Shown here: positions 14,962 through 24,576 of the stretch, in pieces
How the letters are laid out: the number at the start of each line of letters is the position of its first letter
Numbering within the stretch: position 1 is the stretch's first letter
Source of the DNA: Thermosulfurimonas dismutans
GTDB lineage: Bacteria; Desulfobacterota; Thermodesulfobacteria; Thermodesulfobacteriales; Thermodesulfobacteriaceae
Assembly: GCF_001652585.1 (NCBI RefSeq)
Contig: NZ_LWLG01000002.1
Span: 240,001-272,000, forward strand
DNA: 32,000 nucleotides
Direction of reading: 5' to 3'
Made by a program: the position numbers and the translations under genes
The notes under the pieces: generated by a model
The model's database searches: none
What the model was told of the DNA's origin: nothing
What the model saw: the letters and a program-made list of their open reading frames with translations, nothing else

Positions 14962-16027
14962 GCACCAGATACTCCTCGGGGGAGTGCACCCGGCGCATGC
15001 CGGTGCCCAGGATCACGGTGGTAATCCCACGACGGTTGAAGATGTTGGCATCAGAGCCACCTTCCCGCCGGGCTCGCCTGAGCTCGATCCCAAGGTCTTC
15101 GGCCGCAAGATTAAGGAGCTTGAGAACGGGGTGGTCTTCCGGAACCTTGAACCCGGGGAACATCTCCTCCTTCCTAGTCTCAAGGACCGGCCGTCCATCT
15201 ACACCTTTTTCTCTCTCTATTACTTCCGAGAAGGTCCCTTCAATTTTTCGCCAGAGGTCTTCGAGTTTTTGCAGGTCGTGACTCCGGATCTCGCCCTCGA
15301 TGACCACTTCCTCCGGCACAATATTGGTAGCCTTACCCCCCTGGATGGTGCCGAAGTTGAGGGTAGTCTCCTCATCAATACGACCATTTGGAAGACGAGA
15401 AAGTGCCTCGGCCGCGAGCATTATGGCGCTGAGACCTTTTTCAGGCTCAAGGCCGGCATGAGCCGCCCGTCCCAGAACCCTTAAAGTGAACTTCACGGCC
15501 TCCGGAGCTTGAACGATGACCTCCCGCGGGTCCTCGGTATCCAGTACATAACCCATGCGGGCCGAGATGAGGCCATAGTCTAGATACCGGGCCCCGAAAA
15601 GCCCGATTTCCTCACAGGTGGTAAAAACGATCTCAAGCGGGGGGTGGGGAGTGCCGGTCTCCCTGAGAGCACGCACGACCTCTATCAAAATGGCAATCCC
15701 GCTCTTGTCGTCCGCCCCCAGGATGCCCGCTCCCTCGTTACGGATAATGCCAGCCTCCTCAACCAACTTCAGGTTTGAGGTCTCCTCCACCGTATCCATA
15801 TGGGCGCACAGAAAAAGAGGCGGAAGATCATCCTCTCCGGGAACCTTCACGATCAGATTTCCGACCGCGGATTTGGTATAGGCCCCGGAATGATCAAAGA
15901 AACAGCGGGCCCCGAGGGCCTCAAACACCGATACCAAGTGTTGGGCAAGTTCGCCTTCCTTCCGGGGAGGGCTGTTGATCTCCGCTAGAATTTTGAATTC
16001 CAGCTTGAGTCTTTCGACATCGATCAT
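14879..16027 (-). CDS. M20/M25/M40 family metallopeptidase (peptidase T-like)
   Basis: AHMDTV, GADDKSG and TTCEEIGLFGA metal-ligand motifs, with a dimerisation-domain insert. TGATG junction with acyP. Confidence 0.85.
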   Translation of the reverse strand: MIDVERLKLEFKILAEINSPPRKEGELAQHLVSVFEALGARCFFDHSGAYTKSAVGNLIVKVPGEDDLPPLFLCAHMDTVEETSNLKLVEEAGIIRNEGAGILGADDKSGIAILIEVVRALRETGTPHPPLEIVFTTCEEIGLFGARYLDYGLISARMGYVLDTEDPREVIVQAPEAVKFTLRVLGRAAHAGLEPEKGLSAIMLAAEALSRLPNGRIDEETTLNFGTIQGGKATNIVPEEVVIEGEIRSHDLQKLEDLWRKIEGTFSEVIEREKGVDGRPVLETRKEEMFPGFKVPEDHPVLKLLNLAAEDLGIELRRARREGGSDANIFNRRGITTVILGTGMRRVHSPEEYLVLEDMVLCARLLLTAILKVGEGAFSEIS

Positions 16028-16305
16028 CAGTATCGGATCCTGAACTCCGTAAACTCTCCGCTATAGGGTTCCTCCTGGACCTCAACCCCCGTGACCTTGG
16101 CATGTGGAGAGCCCACATAGCACCACCTTATCATAGCCTCCACCGCCTCCTCATCCCCTTCAAACACGGCCTCCACCCGGCCATCGGGAAGATTCCGCAC
16201 CCAGCCCTTAATCCCCAGACGGTCGGCCTCCTCCTTCGTGTAAGCCCGGAAAAAAACCCCCTGCACCCTTCCCGAGATGTAGACATGGACCCTTTTGGGA
16301 GCCAT
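16027..16305 (-). CDS. acyP: Acylphosphatase
   Basis: [42 protein letters not shown] is the canonical acylphosphatase signature. 92 aa. Confidence 0.92.
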   Translation of the reverse strand: MAPKRVHVYISGRVQGVFFRAYTKEEADRLGIKGWVRNLPDGRVEAVFEGDEEAVEAMIRWCYVGSPHAKVTGVEVQEEPYSGEFTEFRIRY

Positions 16306-16306
16306 T

Positions 16307-18028
16307 CTAACGTCCCCTCACCTTTTTTAACCAGGCCCTAAACTCCTTGTATGAAAAAGTATTTAGCACATCTTCTTTTTCACACCAACCCCTTCTGGCC
16401 ACAGCCACCCCAAGGGGCAGATAGTCCATCTGGTCCACGATATGGGCATCAGTTCCGATTAGGATCTTAACCCCGGCCTCTTTGGCCGCCCGAGTCTGGA
16501 TGTCGTTCAGGTCCAAACGTTTGTAATAGGCGTTGATCTCAAGGGCTTTTCCGTTCTCCGCTGCGGTCTGGATGACCGCCTGCATATCAATGGCATAGGG
16601 TTCCCTTTCCCCGATGAGACGCCCGGTGGGATGAGCTAGGGCGTGCACCAGGGGATGTTTCAGGGCCGCTACCGCCCTCTGCGTGAGCTGGGCCTCGGGT
16701 TGCTGAAACCCGGTGTGAATGGCCGCTATCACCAGATCAATCTCTGCCAGGACCTCATCAGGATAGTCGAGGCTTCCGTCGGAAAGGATGTCCACTTCAG
16801 CTCCGAAGATGAGCTTTACGCGTTTCGAGCGGCGGTTAAATTCCTCAATGGCCTTCTTCTTTTCCATGAGGGCAGAAACCGAAAGGCCTCCGGCCACCTT
16901 CAACCCCTGGGAGTGGTCGCAGACAGCTACCCAGGAAAGCCCTAGGGCCTCGGCCCTCTGCGCGATCTCATCAAGGCTGGCAGTACCATCACTGTACTTG
17001 GAGTGCACGTGAGCGTCGCCCTGAATATCATCGTAATCTACGAGTTTCGGGAGGCGGCCCTCCCTGGCAGCCTCGATCTCGCCCCTGTCCTCCCGCAACT
17101 CCGGGGGGATCCAAGGAAGATCCACAGCGGAAAAGACCTCCTCCTCTTTCCTTCCACCGATCCTCTCGTTTCCTCGAAAAATCCCGTACTCGTTGATTTT
17201 GAGTCCCCGCTCTACCCCGAGCTCCCGGAGGCGGATGTTGTGGGCCTTGGAGCCCGTAAAGTAGGCCAGGGCCGCTCCCCAACATTCCGGATCAACCACC
17301 CGAAGGTCCACCTGGATTCCGGGCTTGATCCGCACACTGGTCTTGGTTTCCCCGTGGACTAGGACCTCCTCGACACCAGGATAGGCCACAAAGGCCTCCA
17401 TTACCGAAAAGGGGTTTTTAGAAGTTACCAGGACATCTATGTCCTTCACGGTCTCTCGCCGCCGCCGGATACTTCCGGCCACCGCAATCTTTTCCACCGG
17501 GGCCTTTCTTTTGAGATAAACCACCAGATCCTCTGCCAGCGGAAGTACTTCTCCCAGCGGCCGACGCCCGATCTTTTCCCTGAGGAGCTTGATCCCCCGA
17601 AGGATGTTTTCCTCGGTCTTGTAGCCCATCCCCGGAAGCCGGGCGATCTTGTGCTCCTTACAGGCCCGCTCAAGATCCTCGATAGAGGTAATCCCCAGGG
17701 TCTCGTAAATGATTTTGGCCTTCTTGGGACCGAGTCCCGGAATTTCTAGAAACCTAAGAAGCTCTTGGGGAATCTCCTTCTTGAGTTCCTCGTAAAGACG
17801 AAGGGTTCCGGTTTCAAGAATTTCCTTTATCTTGCTGGCGAGATCCGCACCGATTCCCGGAATCCGAGAGAGTTGATTCCTACGAGCGAGATCTTCAATA
17901 TCCCGGGTCAGGGCCTCTATGTTCTGAGCTGCCCTCTGATAAGCCCTTATACGGTAGGGATTGTCCCCTTTGATTTCTAGGAGAGACGCCACCTTCCGGA
18001 AGATCTCGGCCACTTCCTGGTTTTTCAT
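16307..18028 (-). CDS. polX: DNA polymerase/3'-5' exonuclease PolX (Pol beta-like domain + PHP domain)
   Basis: N-terminal [32 protein letters not shown], helix-hairpin-helix repeats, nucleotidyltransferase [16 protein letters not shown], and C-terminal PHP motifs ([21 protein letters not shown]). Confidence 0.92.
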   Translation of the reverse strand: MKNQEVAEIFRKVASLLEIKGDNPYRIRAYQRAAQNIEALTRDIEDLARRNQLSRIPGIGADLASKIKEILETGTLRLYEELKKEIPQELLRFLEIPGLGPKKAKIIYETLGITSIEDLERACKEHKIARLPGMGYKTEENILRGIKLLREKIGRRPLGEVLPLAEDLVVYLKRKAPVEKIAVAGSIRRRRETVKDIDVLVTSKNPFSVMEAFVAYPGVEEVLVHGETKTSVRIKPGIQVDLRVVDPECWGAALAYFTGSKAHNIRLRELGVERGLKINEYGIFRGNERIGGRKEEEVFSAVDLPWIPPELREDRGEIEAAREGRLPKLVDYDDIQGDAHVHSKYSDGTASLDEIAQRAEALGLSWVAVCDHSQGLKVAGGLSVSALMEKKKAIEEFNRRSKRVKLIFGAEVDILSDGSLDYPDEVLAEIDLVIAAIHTGFQQPEAQLTQRAVAALKHPLVHALAHPTGRLIGEREPYAIDMQAVIQTAAENGKALEINAYYKRLDLNDIQTRAAKEAGVKILIGTDAHIVDQMDYLPLGVAVARRGWCEKEDVLNTFSYKEFRAWLKKVRGR

Positions 18029-18031
18029 ACC

Positions 18032-18460
18032 CTAGCTCTTTTGAAGAATTATGAGCCCGGTAACCGTGAGGAGGATGCCCAAAAGGCGCTCCCAGCTGAG
18101 ATCCTCTTTAAGGAACACCAGAGCCATAAAGGCCGTCACCAGGGGATAGGCCGCTGTAAGGGGCACAATTTTTGAAGCAGCTCCAGTTTTAAGAAGCGAA
18201 AAATAAGTAAACATTCCCAAAACCCCGGCCAGCAATCCGCTGGCTCCTAGAACCAGAACGTTTCTCAGAGAAAGCTCTTGGACCTCCCGGACTTCACCGG
18301 TAAGGAGGGCCACCAGGACCAGGATCAGGGCCGCCACCCCGGTGCGCACCGCAAGGGCCAAAAGGGGAGAGACGGCCTTTAGGGCTACTTTTTCAAGAAG
18401 CGGAGATGATCCCCAGAAAAAAAGTGTGAGCACCCAAAGGAGGACAACCCTTCCATCCAT
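18032..18460 (-). CDS. EamA-domain (DMT superfamily) small membrane transporter, single-domain half-size form
   Basis: 142 aa, 4-5 hydrophobic helices, and an EamA-like pattern (WGSSPLLEKVALK ... PLTAAYPLVTAFMALVFLKE). Confidence 0.65.
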   Translation of the reverse strand: MDGRVVLLWVLTLFFWGSSPLLEKVALKAVSPLLALAVRTGVAALILVLVALLTGEVREVQELSLRNVLVLGASGLLAGVLGMFTYFSLLKTGAASKIVPLTAAYPLVTAFMALVFLKEDLSWERLLGILLTVTGLIILQKS

Positions 18461-18465
18461 GAAAA

Positions 18466-19008
18466 CTACTTCCGGTCGAAGAAAATATTTTTACCCTTGA
18501 TACTCAAAGGAATCCCAAGGACTACCTGAGCGGACATTAAACCTAGACGTCTAGCTGCTACCCCGATGGTATACATCACCCGGTTGTCCACACAGTGATC
18601 TCGGGCAAGACTTACCGCCGACCCCACCGCAATACCCAGATCGATGAGCCTCAGGGCACAGACTGGGCCATCGTAATCTCCCTGGCTCTTTTCCACTTTA
18701 AGGATCTTCTCGCAATCAAAACCACAGGCCTTACAGTTGACGCCCACCGGACGTTTGAAATCGAGACCTATAAGCACTATCGCCTCGGCCTGGCGAACAT
18801 TTTCAGCGTCCCGTTTAAAAAATTGATAGGCCTTCCCCCGTTCGGCCACCTTTTCCATCTCGCGGGCTAAACGCTCCATTTCCTCGTCTTCCGTGATGAG
18901 ACCCAGGACGAGTTCGTCCTGTCCGCGGGCTTTAGGGGCCGTACGGGCCCCAATAAGCATGAGTTTTCCTACCCATTCGGCCATCTTCTTTTCAGGATTG
19001 AATTCCAC
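18466..19008 (-). CDS. Uncharacterised ferredoxin-domain protein (DUF2148 / COG4739-like)
   Basis: GTG start 6 nt after GGAGGG. IGARTAPKARGQD and the Cys cluster CKACGFDC...C resemble what I recall of the DUF2148 family. Assignment is from memory only. Confidence 0.55.
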   Translation of the reverse strand: MEFNPEKKMAEWVGKLMLIGARTAPKARGQDELVLGLITEDEEMERLAREMEKVAERGKAYQFFKRDAENVRQAEAIVLIGLDFKRPVGVNCKACGFDCEKILKVEKSQGDYDGPVCALRLIDLGIAVGSAVSLARDHCVDNRVMYTIGVAARRLGLMSAQVVLGIPLSIKGKNIFFDRK

Positions 19009-19100
19009 TGCCCACCCTCCAGCTAGAAGAATTTAGGCTTAGAATAATAAAAAAATCGGCCTGGACAACCCCTCTCCTCCAGATAAATTTAGGGGCTGTT

Positions 19101-20318
19101 ATGGCTCTTTGGCTAGAATTGGCGCAGGGCGTCATCCTCCCGCTGAAAAAAAAAGAATTTCGGTATTTTTTCTTGGCTCAGAGTCTTTCTCTCCTTGGCC
19201 GGTGGGTTCAGACTACTGCCCAGCGTTGGCTTCTTTATGATCTTACCGGCTCCACTACTTACCTAGGACTTTTAGGGGCCCTGGGTTCCTTTCCTATTTT
19301 GCTTTTTTCCCTCCCAGCCGGTGTCCTTACAGATCATCTTTCCAAGAAGAAGATTTTAGTCTCGGCACAACTAATCGGAGCCTTCATGGCAATGCTTCTG
19401 GCCCTGCTAACCTTTGCAGGGCTGGTGCGTCCCTGGCATATCCTGACCCTGGCCTTCGGCTTGGGTATAGCGGTTTCCCTGGAATTCCCAGTAAGAAACG
19501 CCTTCATTTACGAAATAGTCGGCAAACAAGATCTAATTTCAGCACTTTCTCTTCACTCTTTGGCCTTCAATCTTTCCAGATTTCTCGGGCCAGCCCTTGC
19601 CGGATGGCTCATGGGAAGTTTGGGGTTTGGTTTCTGCTTTTTGTTTAACGCCCTGAGTTACCTTCCGGTGGCCGGAATTATCCCCTTTATAGAACTCAAA
19701 GAAAATCAGAAACAAAAGTCGGGAAATCTTCTACTTTCTCTTAAAGAAGGTTTAATCTATGCCTTGAGACACACTCGTATAAGAGGAATCCTTTTGCTAA
19801 TAGTGGGAGTTAGCGTGGGCCTCTTCCCTTACGCCATTTTACTTCCGGCCTTGGTAAGGGAGGCCTACCAGGGAGGAGGCCGAGAATTCACCTTCCTAAT
19901 GTCGGCCAATGGTCTGGGAGCTCTTGCCGGAGCGCTTTTTGCCGGTACCTTGGGAAGATACATTTCCCATCGAAAACTTATCTATCTTGCGGCTTCAAGC
20001 CTTACGCTTCTAATCCTGGGGCTTTCCTTCAGCCGAAATCTTTATCTCGCGGCCGGACTGCTTCTGGCCGCGGGCTTTTTTATGGTAAACATAATCATGA
20101 ACGCCAACGCCTACGTCCAGAGCCTATGTGAAGACGAAATGCGTGGAAGGGTATTAGGACTCTTTAGCTGGTGTTTTTTAGGACTTTTTCCGTTAGGAAG
20201 TCTCTTTTGGGGTTTTTTGGCCCAGAGACTTGGCACCCCGGTTACTCTGAGGATTTCCACAATCTTAGCTGGCCTTGTTATTCTCATTCTTGGCTTGAGG
20301 GGTCTTAAAAATGCTTGA
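19101..20318 (+). CDS. MFS transporter
   Basis: 405 aa, ~12 predicted hydrophobic helices, and a loop 2-3 motif (GVLTDHLSKKKI) typical of the MFS. Confidence 0.8.
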   Translation: MALWLELAQGVILPLKKKEFRYFFLAQSLSLLGRWVQTTAQRWLLYDLTGSTTYLGLLGALGSFPILLFSLPAGVLTDHLSKKKILVSAQLIGAFMAMLLALLTFAGLVRPWHILTLAFGLGIAVSLEFPVRNAFIYEIVGKQDLISALSLHSLAFNLSRFLGPALAGWLMGSLGFGFCFLFNALSYLPVAGIIPFIELKENQKQKSGNLLLSLKEGLIYALRHTRIRGILLLIVGVSVGLFPYAILLPALVREAYQGGGREFTFLMSANGLGALAGALFAGTLGRYISHRKLIYLAASSLTLLILGLSFSRNLYLAAGLLLAAGFFMVNIIMNANAYVQSLCEDEMRGRVLGLFSWCFLGLFPLGSLFWGFLAQRLGTPVTLRISTILAGLVILILGLRGLKNA

Positions 20319-20958
20319 TTCTCGCCTCTGGCAGCGGCTCAAAGAACGAGCTCGTAAACTTTACGAGGAAAATGGAGGCTCACATCGCATGGACCACGTG
20401 GAGAGGGTAGTAGCCCTGGCCGAAAGACTGGCCCGAGAAGAAGGGGCCGATCTCAAAGTAGTAAAGGTAGCGGCCCTGCTACACGATATCGGGCGAGGTG
20501 AAGAGGCTCGCAGCCGGGGGCGGGTGTGTCATGCCCGCTACGGAGCGGAGCTTGCTCGAAAGATCCTTGAGGAAGAAGGGCTTCCCCCGGACTTTATTGA
20601 GCGAGTGGTTCGAGCCATAAGACGACATCGTTTTCGAGGAGAAGAGTCCCCGGAGACCATCGAGGAAAAGGTCCTGTTTGACGCCGACAAGCTAGACAGT
20701 CTGGGGGCGGTGGGCATCGGTCGGGCCTTTCTTTTCGCCGGCGAGGTAGGGGCCAGGCTCCACAATCCAGAGGTGGATCTCAAGAAAACCGAACCCTATT
20801 CCTCTGAAGACACTGCCTGGCGAGAGTTCAAACTAAAACTTTCCAAGGTTAAGGATCGCATGCTGACCGAGAGCGGGAAACGGTTGGCCGAAGAGCGGCA
20901 CCGGTTCATGGAGGAGTTTTTCGATCGTCTCAACCGGGAGGTCCGAGGAGAGTGTTAA
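20311..20958 (+). CDS. HD domain-containing metal-dependent phosphohydrolase
   Basis: H...LLHDIGR...DADKLD motif series. The start overlaps the MFS gene by 8 nt. Confidence 0.8.
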   Translation: MLDSRLWQRLKERARKLYEENGGSHRMDHVERVVALAERLAREEGADLKVVKVAALLHDIGRGEEARSRGRVCHARYGAELARKILEEEGLPPDFIERVVRAIRRHRFRGEESPETIEEKVLFDADKLDSLGAVGIGRAFLFAGEVGARLHNPEVDLKKTEPYSSEDTAWREFKLKLSKVKDRMLTESGKRLAEERHRFMEEFFDRLNREVRGEC

Positions 20959-21236
20959 GGATTGCGGGCCCTGCGATTCAAACGATAAGCCCAGGCCAGC
21001 ACCACGGCCACAGCCTCATAGAGCTCTGGAGGAATCTCAGCAGAAAGCTCCACCCGAGACAGGGCCTCCACCAGGGCCGAGTCTTCCCGAACAGGGATGC
21101 CGTGCTTGCGGGCCACTTCAAGGATTAGTTCCGCGAGTCGTCCCTGGCCCTTGGCCACCACCCGTGGGGCCTGATCCTTTCCCTGTTCATACTTTAAAGC
21201 CACGGCCTTCTTTTCGGACACTGGCATCTCCGCCAA
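20955..21236 (-). CDS. FlhB C-terminal-domain-like protein (EscU/YscU/HrcU family, stand-alone short form)
   Basis: [50 protein letters not shown]...[18 protein letters not shown] aligns by eye with the post-NPTH part of FlhB. The track start is TTG; an ATG 9 nt downstream (21227) is an alternative. The stop shares a TTAA with the convergent HD gene. Confidence 0.75.
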   Translation of the reverse strand: MAEMPVSEKKAVALKYEQGKDQAPRVVAKGQGRLAELILEVARKHGIPVREDSALVEALSRVELSAEIPPELYEAVAVVLAWAYRLNRRARNP

Positions 21237-21313
21237 TCCTATTTATTTTTCATATTAGACTTTTTCGGAATTTTAAGCTATTTAAAAAATAACAATTCAA
21301 AAGGAGGTGGCGG

Positions 21314-22459
21314 ATGAAAATCACACTCTCCGTGATCAAGGCCGACATCGGAGGCTTTGTAGGACATTCCACAACCCATCCGGAGGTAGTTAATAAGGTC
21401 AAAGAGGTCGCCGAAGCGGGCAAAGAAAAGGGTATCATCTTGGATACCTCGGTCATTACCTGCGGGGACGATATCGCTATCGTGATGACCCACACCCATG
21501 GGATAGATGCCGAGCCCGTGCACAAGCTAGCCTGGGACGCCTTCATCGCCGGAACCGAGGTGGCTAAAAAGCTCAAACTTTACGGGGCCGGTCAGGACAT
21601 ACTCTCGGACGCCTTTTCCGGAAACGTCAAGGGTATGGGGCCCGGGGTGGCGGAGATGGAATTCGAGGAAAGGAAAAGCGAGCCTGTAATCGTTTTCTTT
21701 GCCGACAAGACCGCCCCCAGCGCTTGGAACCTGCCTCTCTATGAGATGTTTGCCGACCCCATGAACACCGCTGGCCTAGTCATAGATCCTTCCATGCACG
21801 ACGGTTTTACTTTCGAGGTTATGGACGTCTATTCCGGAAAGGCCATTCGGCTTAAGACCCCGGCGGAACTTTATGATCTCCTGGTCTTTATCGGAGCTAC
21901 TAGCCGGTATGTGGTAAGGGCGGTCTATCGCAACTCCGACGGCGAGATTGGGGCCGCGGCCTCCACGCAGAAGCTTTCCCTTATGGCCGGTCGCTATGTA
22001 GGAAAGGACGATCCGGTTCTCATTGTTCGGGCCCAGAGCGGTTTCCCGGCCGTAGGGGAGGTGCTCGAGCCCTTTGGACGTCCTTGGCTGGTTGAAGGTT
22101 GGATGCGAGGGTCTCATACCGGGCCTCTGATGCCGGTTTCCTTTAAGGAGGCCAAACCTACTCGATTTGATGGGCCTCCTCGGGTAATTGCGGCCGGTTA
22201 TCAGATTTGTGAGGGCAAACTCATCGGTCCCAACGATCTCTTTGATGATCCGGCCTTTGATTATGCCCGCGAGCGCGCCACGCAGCTGGCCAACTTCCTG
22301 CGTCGCCAGGGCATCTTTGAACCCCATCGACTACCGCCGGAAGAGATGGAATACACCACGCTGCCCAAGGTCCTTGAAAAACTGAAAGACCGCTTCAAGG
22401 ACATCGGGGAACCCAAGGCCAAGGCCCCAGGGTCCGGAGAAGGCGAGATCCACGAATAA
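21314..22459 (+). CDS. fbp: Bifunctional fructose-1,6-bisphosphate aldolase/phosphatase (class V FBPase)
   Basis: N-terminus MKITLSVIKADIGGFVGHSTTHPE and a length of ~380 aa are characteristic of the archaeal-type FBP aldolase/phosphatase. AAGGAGGTG SD. Confidence 0.93.
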   Translation: MKITLSVIKADIGGFVGHSTTHPEVVNKVKEVAEAGKEKGIILDTSVITCGDDIAIVMTHTHGIDAEPVHKLAWDAFIAGTEVAKKLKLYGAGQDILSDAFSGNVKGMGPGVAEMEFEERKSEPVIVFFADKTAPSAWNLPLYEMFADPMNTAGLVIDPSMHDGFTFEVMDVYSGKAIRLKTPAELYDLLVFIGATSRYVVRAVYRNSDGEIGAAASTQKLSLMAGRYVGKDDPVLIVRAQSGFPAVGEVLEPFGRPWLVEGWMRGSHTGPLMPVSFKEAKPTRFDGPPRVIAAGYQICEGKLIGPNDLFDDPAFDYARERATQLANFLRRQGIFEPHRLPPEEMEYTTLPKVLEKLKDRFKDIGEPKAKAPGSGEGEIHE

Positions 22460-22487
22460 TGAAGAGGCCTCGCCACTAGTTTAGATC

Positions 22488-22529
22488 GGCCCTGAGGGAT
22501 ATACACCACGCAAGCTTTCCCTCAGGGCC
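22488..22529 (+). terminator. Perfect 12-bp stem hairpin downstream of fbp (possible U-tract-less terminator or protein-binding palindrome)
   Basis: GGCCCTGAGGGA (22488-22499), an 18-nt loop, then TCCCTCAGGGCC (22518-22529). It starts 29 nt after the fbp stop. No T-run follows. Confidence 0.35.
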
Positions 22530-22572
22530 TAAGACTCGAAGAGGAGCAAAACTTCAAAGGAGGGCTAGGTTC

Positions 22573-24045
22573 TTGGAGAAAGTAGAATTTAAATTATATA
22601 ATACTCTATCTCGCAAAAAGGAAGTCTTTGAACCCCTCGATCCTCCTCGGGTCACCATGTACGTCTGTGGGATTACGGCCTACGATGAGGCCCATTTGGG
22701 GCATGCTCGAGCGGCCGTGGTCTTTGACGTCCTCTACCGATTCCTGAAGTTCCTGGGCTATGAGGTTACCTATGTGCGGAATTACACGGACATAGACGAT
22801 AAGATTATCAACCGTTCACAAAAAGAGGGTACACCTTGGTACGAAATTGCCGAACGTTATATCCGGGAATACCAGGAAGAAATGGCGGCGCTAAAGGTCC
22901 TTCCTCCTACCCACGAGCCCCGGGCCACCGAACACATCCCGGAGATGATCTCTCTGGTGGAGAGACTCATCGAAGCCGGAGTGGCCTACGAGAGCGAGGG
23001 TGAGGTCTATTTTGCCGTAGAGAAGTTTCCGGGGTATGGAAAACTTTCCGGACGAAGGCTCTCAGAACTCGTAGCCGGAGCTCGGGTAGAGGTCTCGGAA
23101 AAAAAGAAGAATCCTCTCGATTTCGCCCTCTGGAAGGCCTCTAAGCCGAATGAACCCGCCTGGGAAAGTCCGTGGGGGCCAGGCAGACCGGGCTGGCACC
23201 TAGAATGCTCGGCTATGAGTATAAAATACTGTGGAGAAACCCTGGACATTCACGGTGGGGGGCTAGACCTCATCTTTCCGCACCACGAAAACGAGATTGC
23301 CCAGAGCGAAGCCGCCACCGGGAAGACTTTTGTGCGTTATTTCGTGCATAACGGTCTCATCACCGTAAATGGCGAGAAAATGGCCAAGAGCCTGGGCAAC
23401 TATGTAAGCGTAAAAGATATGTTGGCCCGCTACCATCCCGAGACCATAAGGCTCTTTTTATTGACCAAACACTACCGCAGTCCCCTGGATTATACGGAAA
23501 AAGGCATACGAGATGCAGAAAAAGCCCTCTATGGACTCTATGAAAGTCTCTATTTCTTGAAAAAAGTAGCCCCTAAACGTGAAGGCGGTCTCAGCAAGTC
23601 CGGGGAAAAATTGGCCAAAGCCCTGGAAGAATTTCGTGAGAGGTTCCTTCTGGCTCTTGCCGAAGACCTCAACACCGCCGAGGCCCTGGCCGAGACCTTC
23701 ACCCTCATCTCCGAGGTCAACCGTTTTCTGCCTACGGCCCGTCAGGCCTCATCAGAAGAAGCCGCCTTGGCTCAAAAAGTTATCGAAAGCCTCAGGCAAC
23801 TCACAGGAGACCTTCTAGGCATAGGAACCGAAGACCCCGAATCCTTCATCGAAAAAGAGCGGGAGCGAAAGATTCAACTCAAAGGACTCGATCGCGAACT
23901 TATAGAAAGGCGCCTCTCCGAAAGAGAGGCCGCCCGTAAGAAAAAAGATTTCAAGACTGCGGACAGAATTCGGGAAGAACTAGCTGCCCAGGGCCTAACC
24001 CTAAGAGATACTCCGTGGGGCACGTTCTGGATGGTAGAGGCATGA
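22573..24045 (+). CDS. cysS: Cysteine--tRNA ligase
   Basis: TTG start 9 nt after AAGGAGGG. HLGHAR (HIGH), PGWHLECS and KMAKSLGN (KMSKS) motifs. Confidence 0.96.
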   Translation: MEKVEFKLYNTLSRKKEVFEPLDPPRVTMYVCGITAYDEAHLGHARAAVVFDVLYRFLKFLGYEVTYVRNYTDIDDKIINRSQKEGTPWYEIAERYIREYQEEMAALKVLPPTHEPRATEHIPEMISLVERLIEAGVAYESEGEVYFAVEKFPGYGKLSGRRLSELVAGARVEVSEKKKNPLDFALWKASKPNEPAWESPWGPGRPGWHLECSAMSIKYCGETLDIHGGGLDLIFPHHENEIAQSEAATGKTFVRYFVHNGLITVNGEKMAKSLGNYVSVKDMLARYHPETIRLFLLTKHYRSPLDYTEKGIRDAEKALYGLYESLYFLKKVAPKREGGLSKSGEKLAKALEEFRERFLLALAEDLNTAEALAETFTLISEVNRFLPTARQASSEEAALAQKVIESLRQLTGDLLGIGTEDPESFIEKERERKIQLKGLDRELIERRLSEREAARKKKDFKTADRIREELAAQGLTLRDTPWGTFWMVEA

Positions 24046-24575
24046 AGGTCCCCTGGTTTGACCTCATCGCTTTGGCGGTCATTGCCTGGTTCGTCATCCG
24101 TACGGCCTGGATAGGATTCTTTCGAGGGCTTTCCTCCCTCATCGGACTCCTTATGGGCTTTGTTTTTGCCGGAAGACTTGTGCCGCACATAGAAAAAATC
24201 CTCGCCCCTTGGTTTAAGGATTATTCTTGGTTTTCCGCGGTCTCTTGGTTGCTAGCTTTTATCCTGATTTTCCTTTCGGTCTTTATTCTAGCTGAAATTT
24301 TGACGCGCCTTTTCGAGGCCGCTCAACTATCTTTCGTTAATCGATTCCTAGGGGCTCTGCTGGGCTTCGTCAAGGCCTGCGTCCTCCTTTCGGTCTTTCT
24401 TTTCTTCCTGGTAACCTTTTATCCGCAGACCAAAGAAATAGTCTCCCGTTCCAGGGTCACCCCTTTCATCTTCAAAACCACCCGGATGCTAATGGAAATC
24501 ATCCCTTCGGAATGGAAGCACAAATTCAATTATCAGTGGCGACATTATTTCGGTCCTATAAAAAAAGAAGTCTGA
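24042..24575 (+). CDS. cvpA: CvpA family membrane protein
   Basis: ORF track gives 24015..24575. The ATG at 24042 forms an ATGA overlap with the cysS stop and gives MKVPWFDLIALAVIAWFVIRTAWIGFFRG, the typical CvpA N-terminus. Four hydrophobic helices. Confidence 0.8.
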   Translation: MKVPWFDLIALAVIAWFVIRTAWIGFFRGLSSLIGLLMGFVFAGRLVPHIEKILAPWFKDYSWFSAVSWLLAFILIFLSVFILAEILTRLFEAAQLSFVNRFLGALLGFVKACVLLSVFLFFLVTFYPQTKEIVSRSRVTPFIFKTTRMLMEIIPSEWKHKFNYQWRHYFGPIKKEV

Positions 24576-24576
24576 G

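Noticed and set aside
19030-19093. 8-bp direct repeat AATTTAGG (19030-19037 and 19086-19093) in the DUF2148/MFS divergent intergenic region
   Set aside because: A single 8-mer pair in an AT-rich ~90-bp spacer is within chance expectation. It has no dyad symmetry and no third copy.
21250-21576. Minus-strand ORFs of 108 aa and 81 aa across the fbp promoter and 5' region
   Set aside because: They are antisense to the highly conserved N-terminus of FBP aldolase/phosphatase, with no motifs or SD.
22460-22572. Possible T-box or other leader riboswitch upstream of cysS
   Set aside because: The region is only ~110 nt, has no T-box consensus (AGGGUGGUACCGCG-like) and no specifier-loop architecture. 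The single hairpin is better explained as the 3' structure of fbp.
23194-23209. Sigma-54-like element TGGCACC-TAGAA-TGC
   Set aside because: It lies in the middle of cysS and simply encodes the conserved PGWHLECS motif. The -12 element is ATGC rather than TTGC, and no gene start lies downstream.
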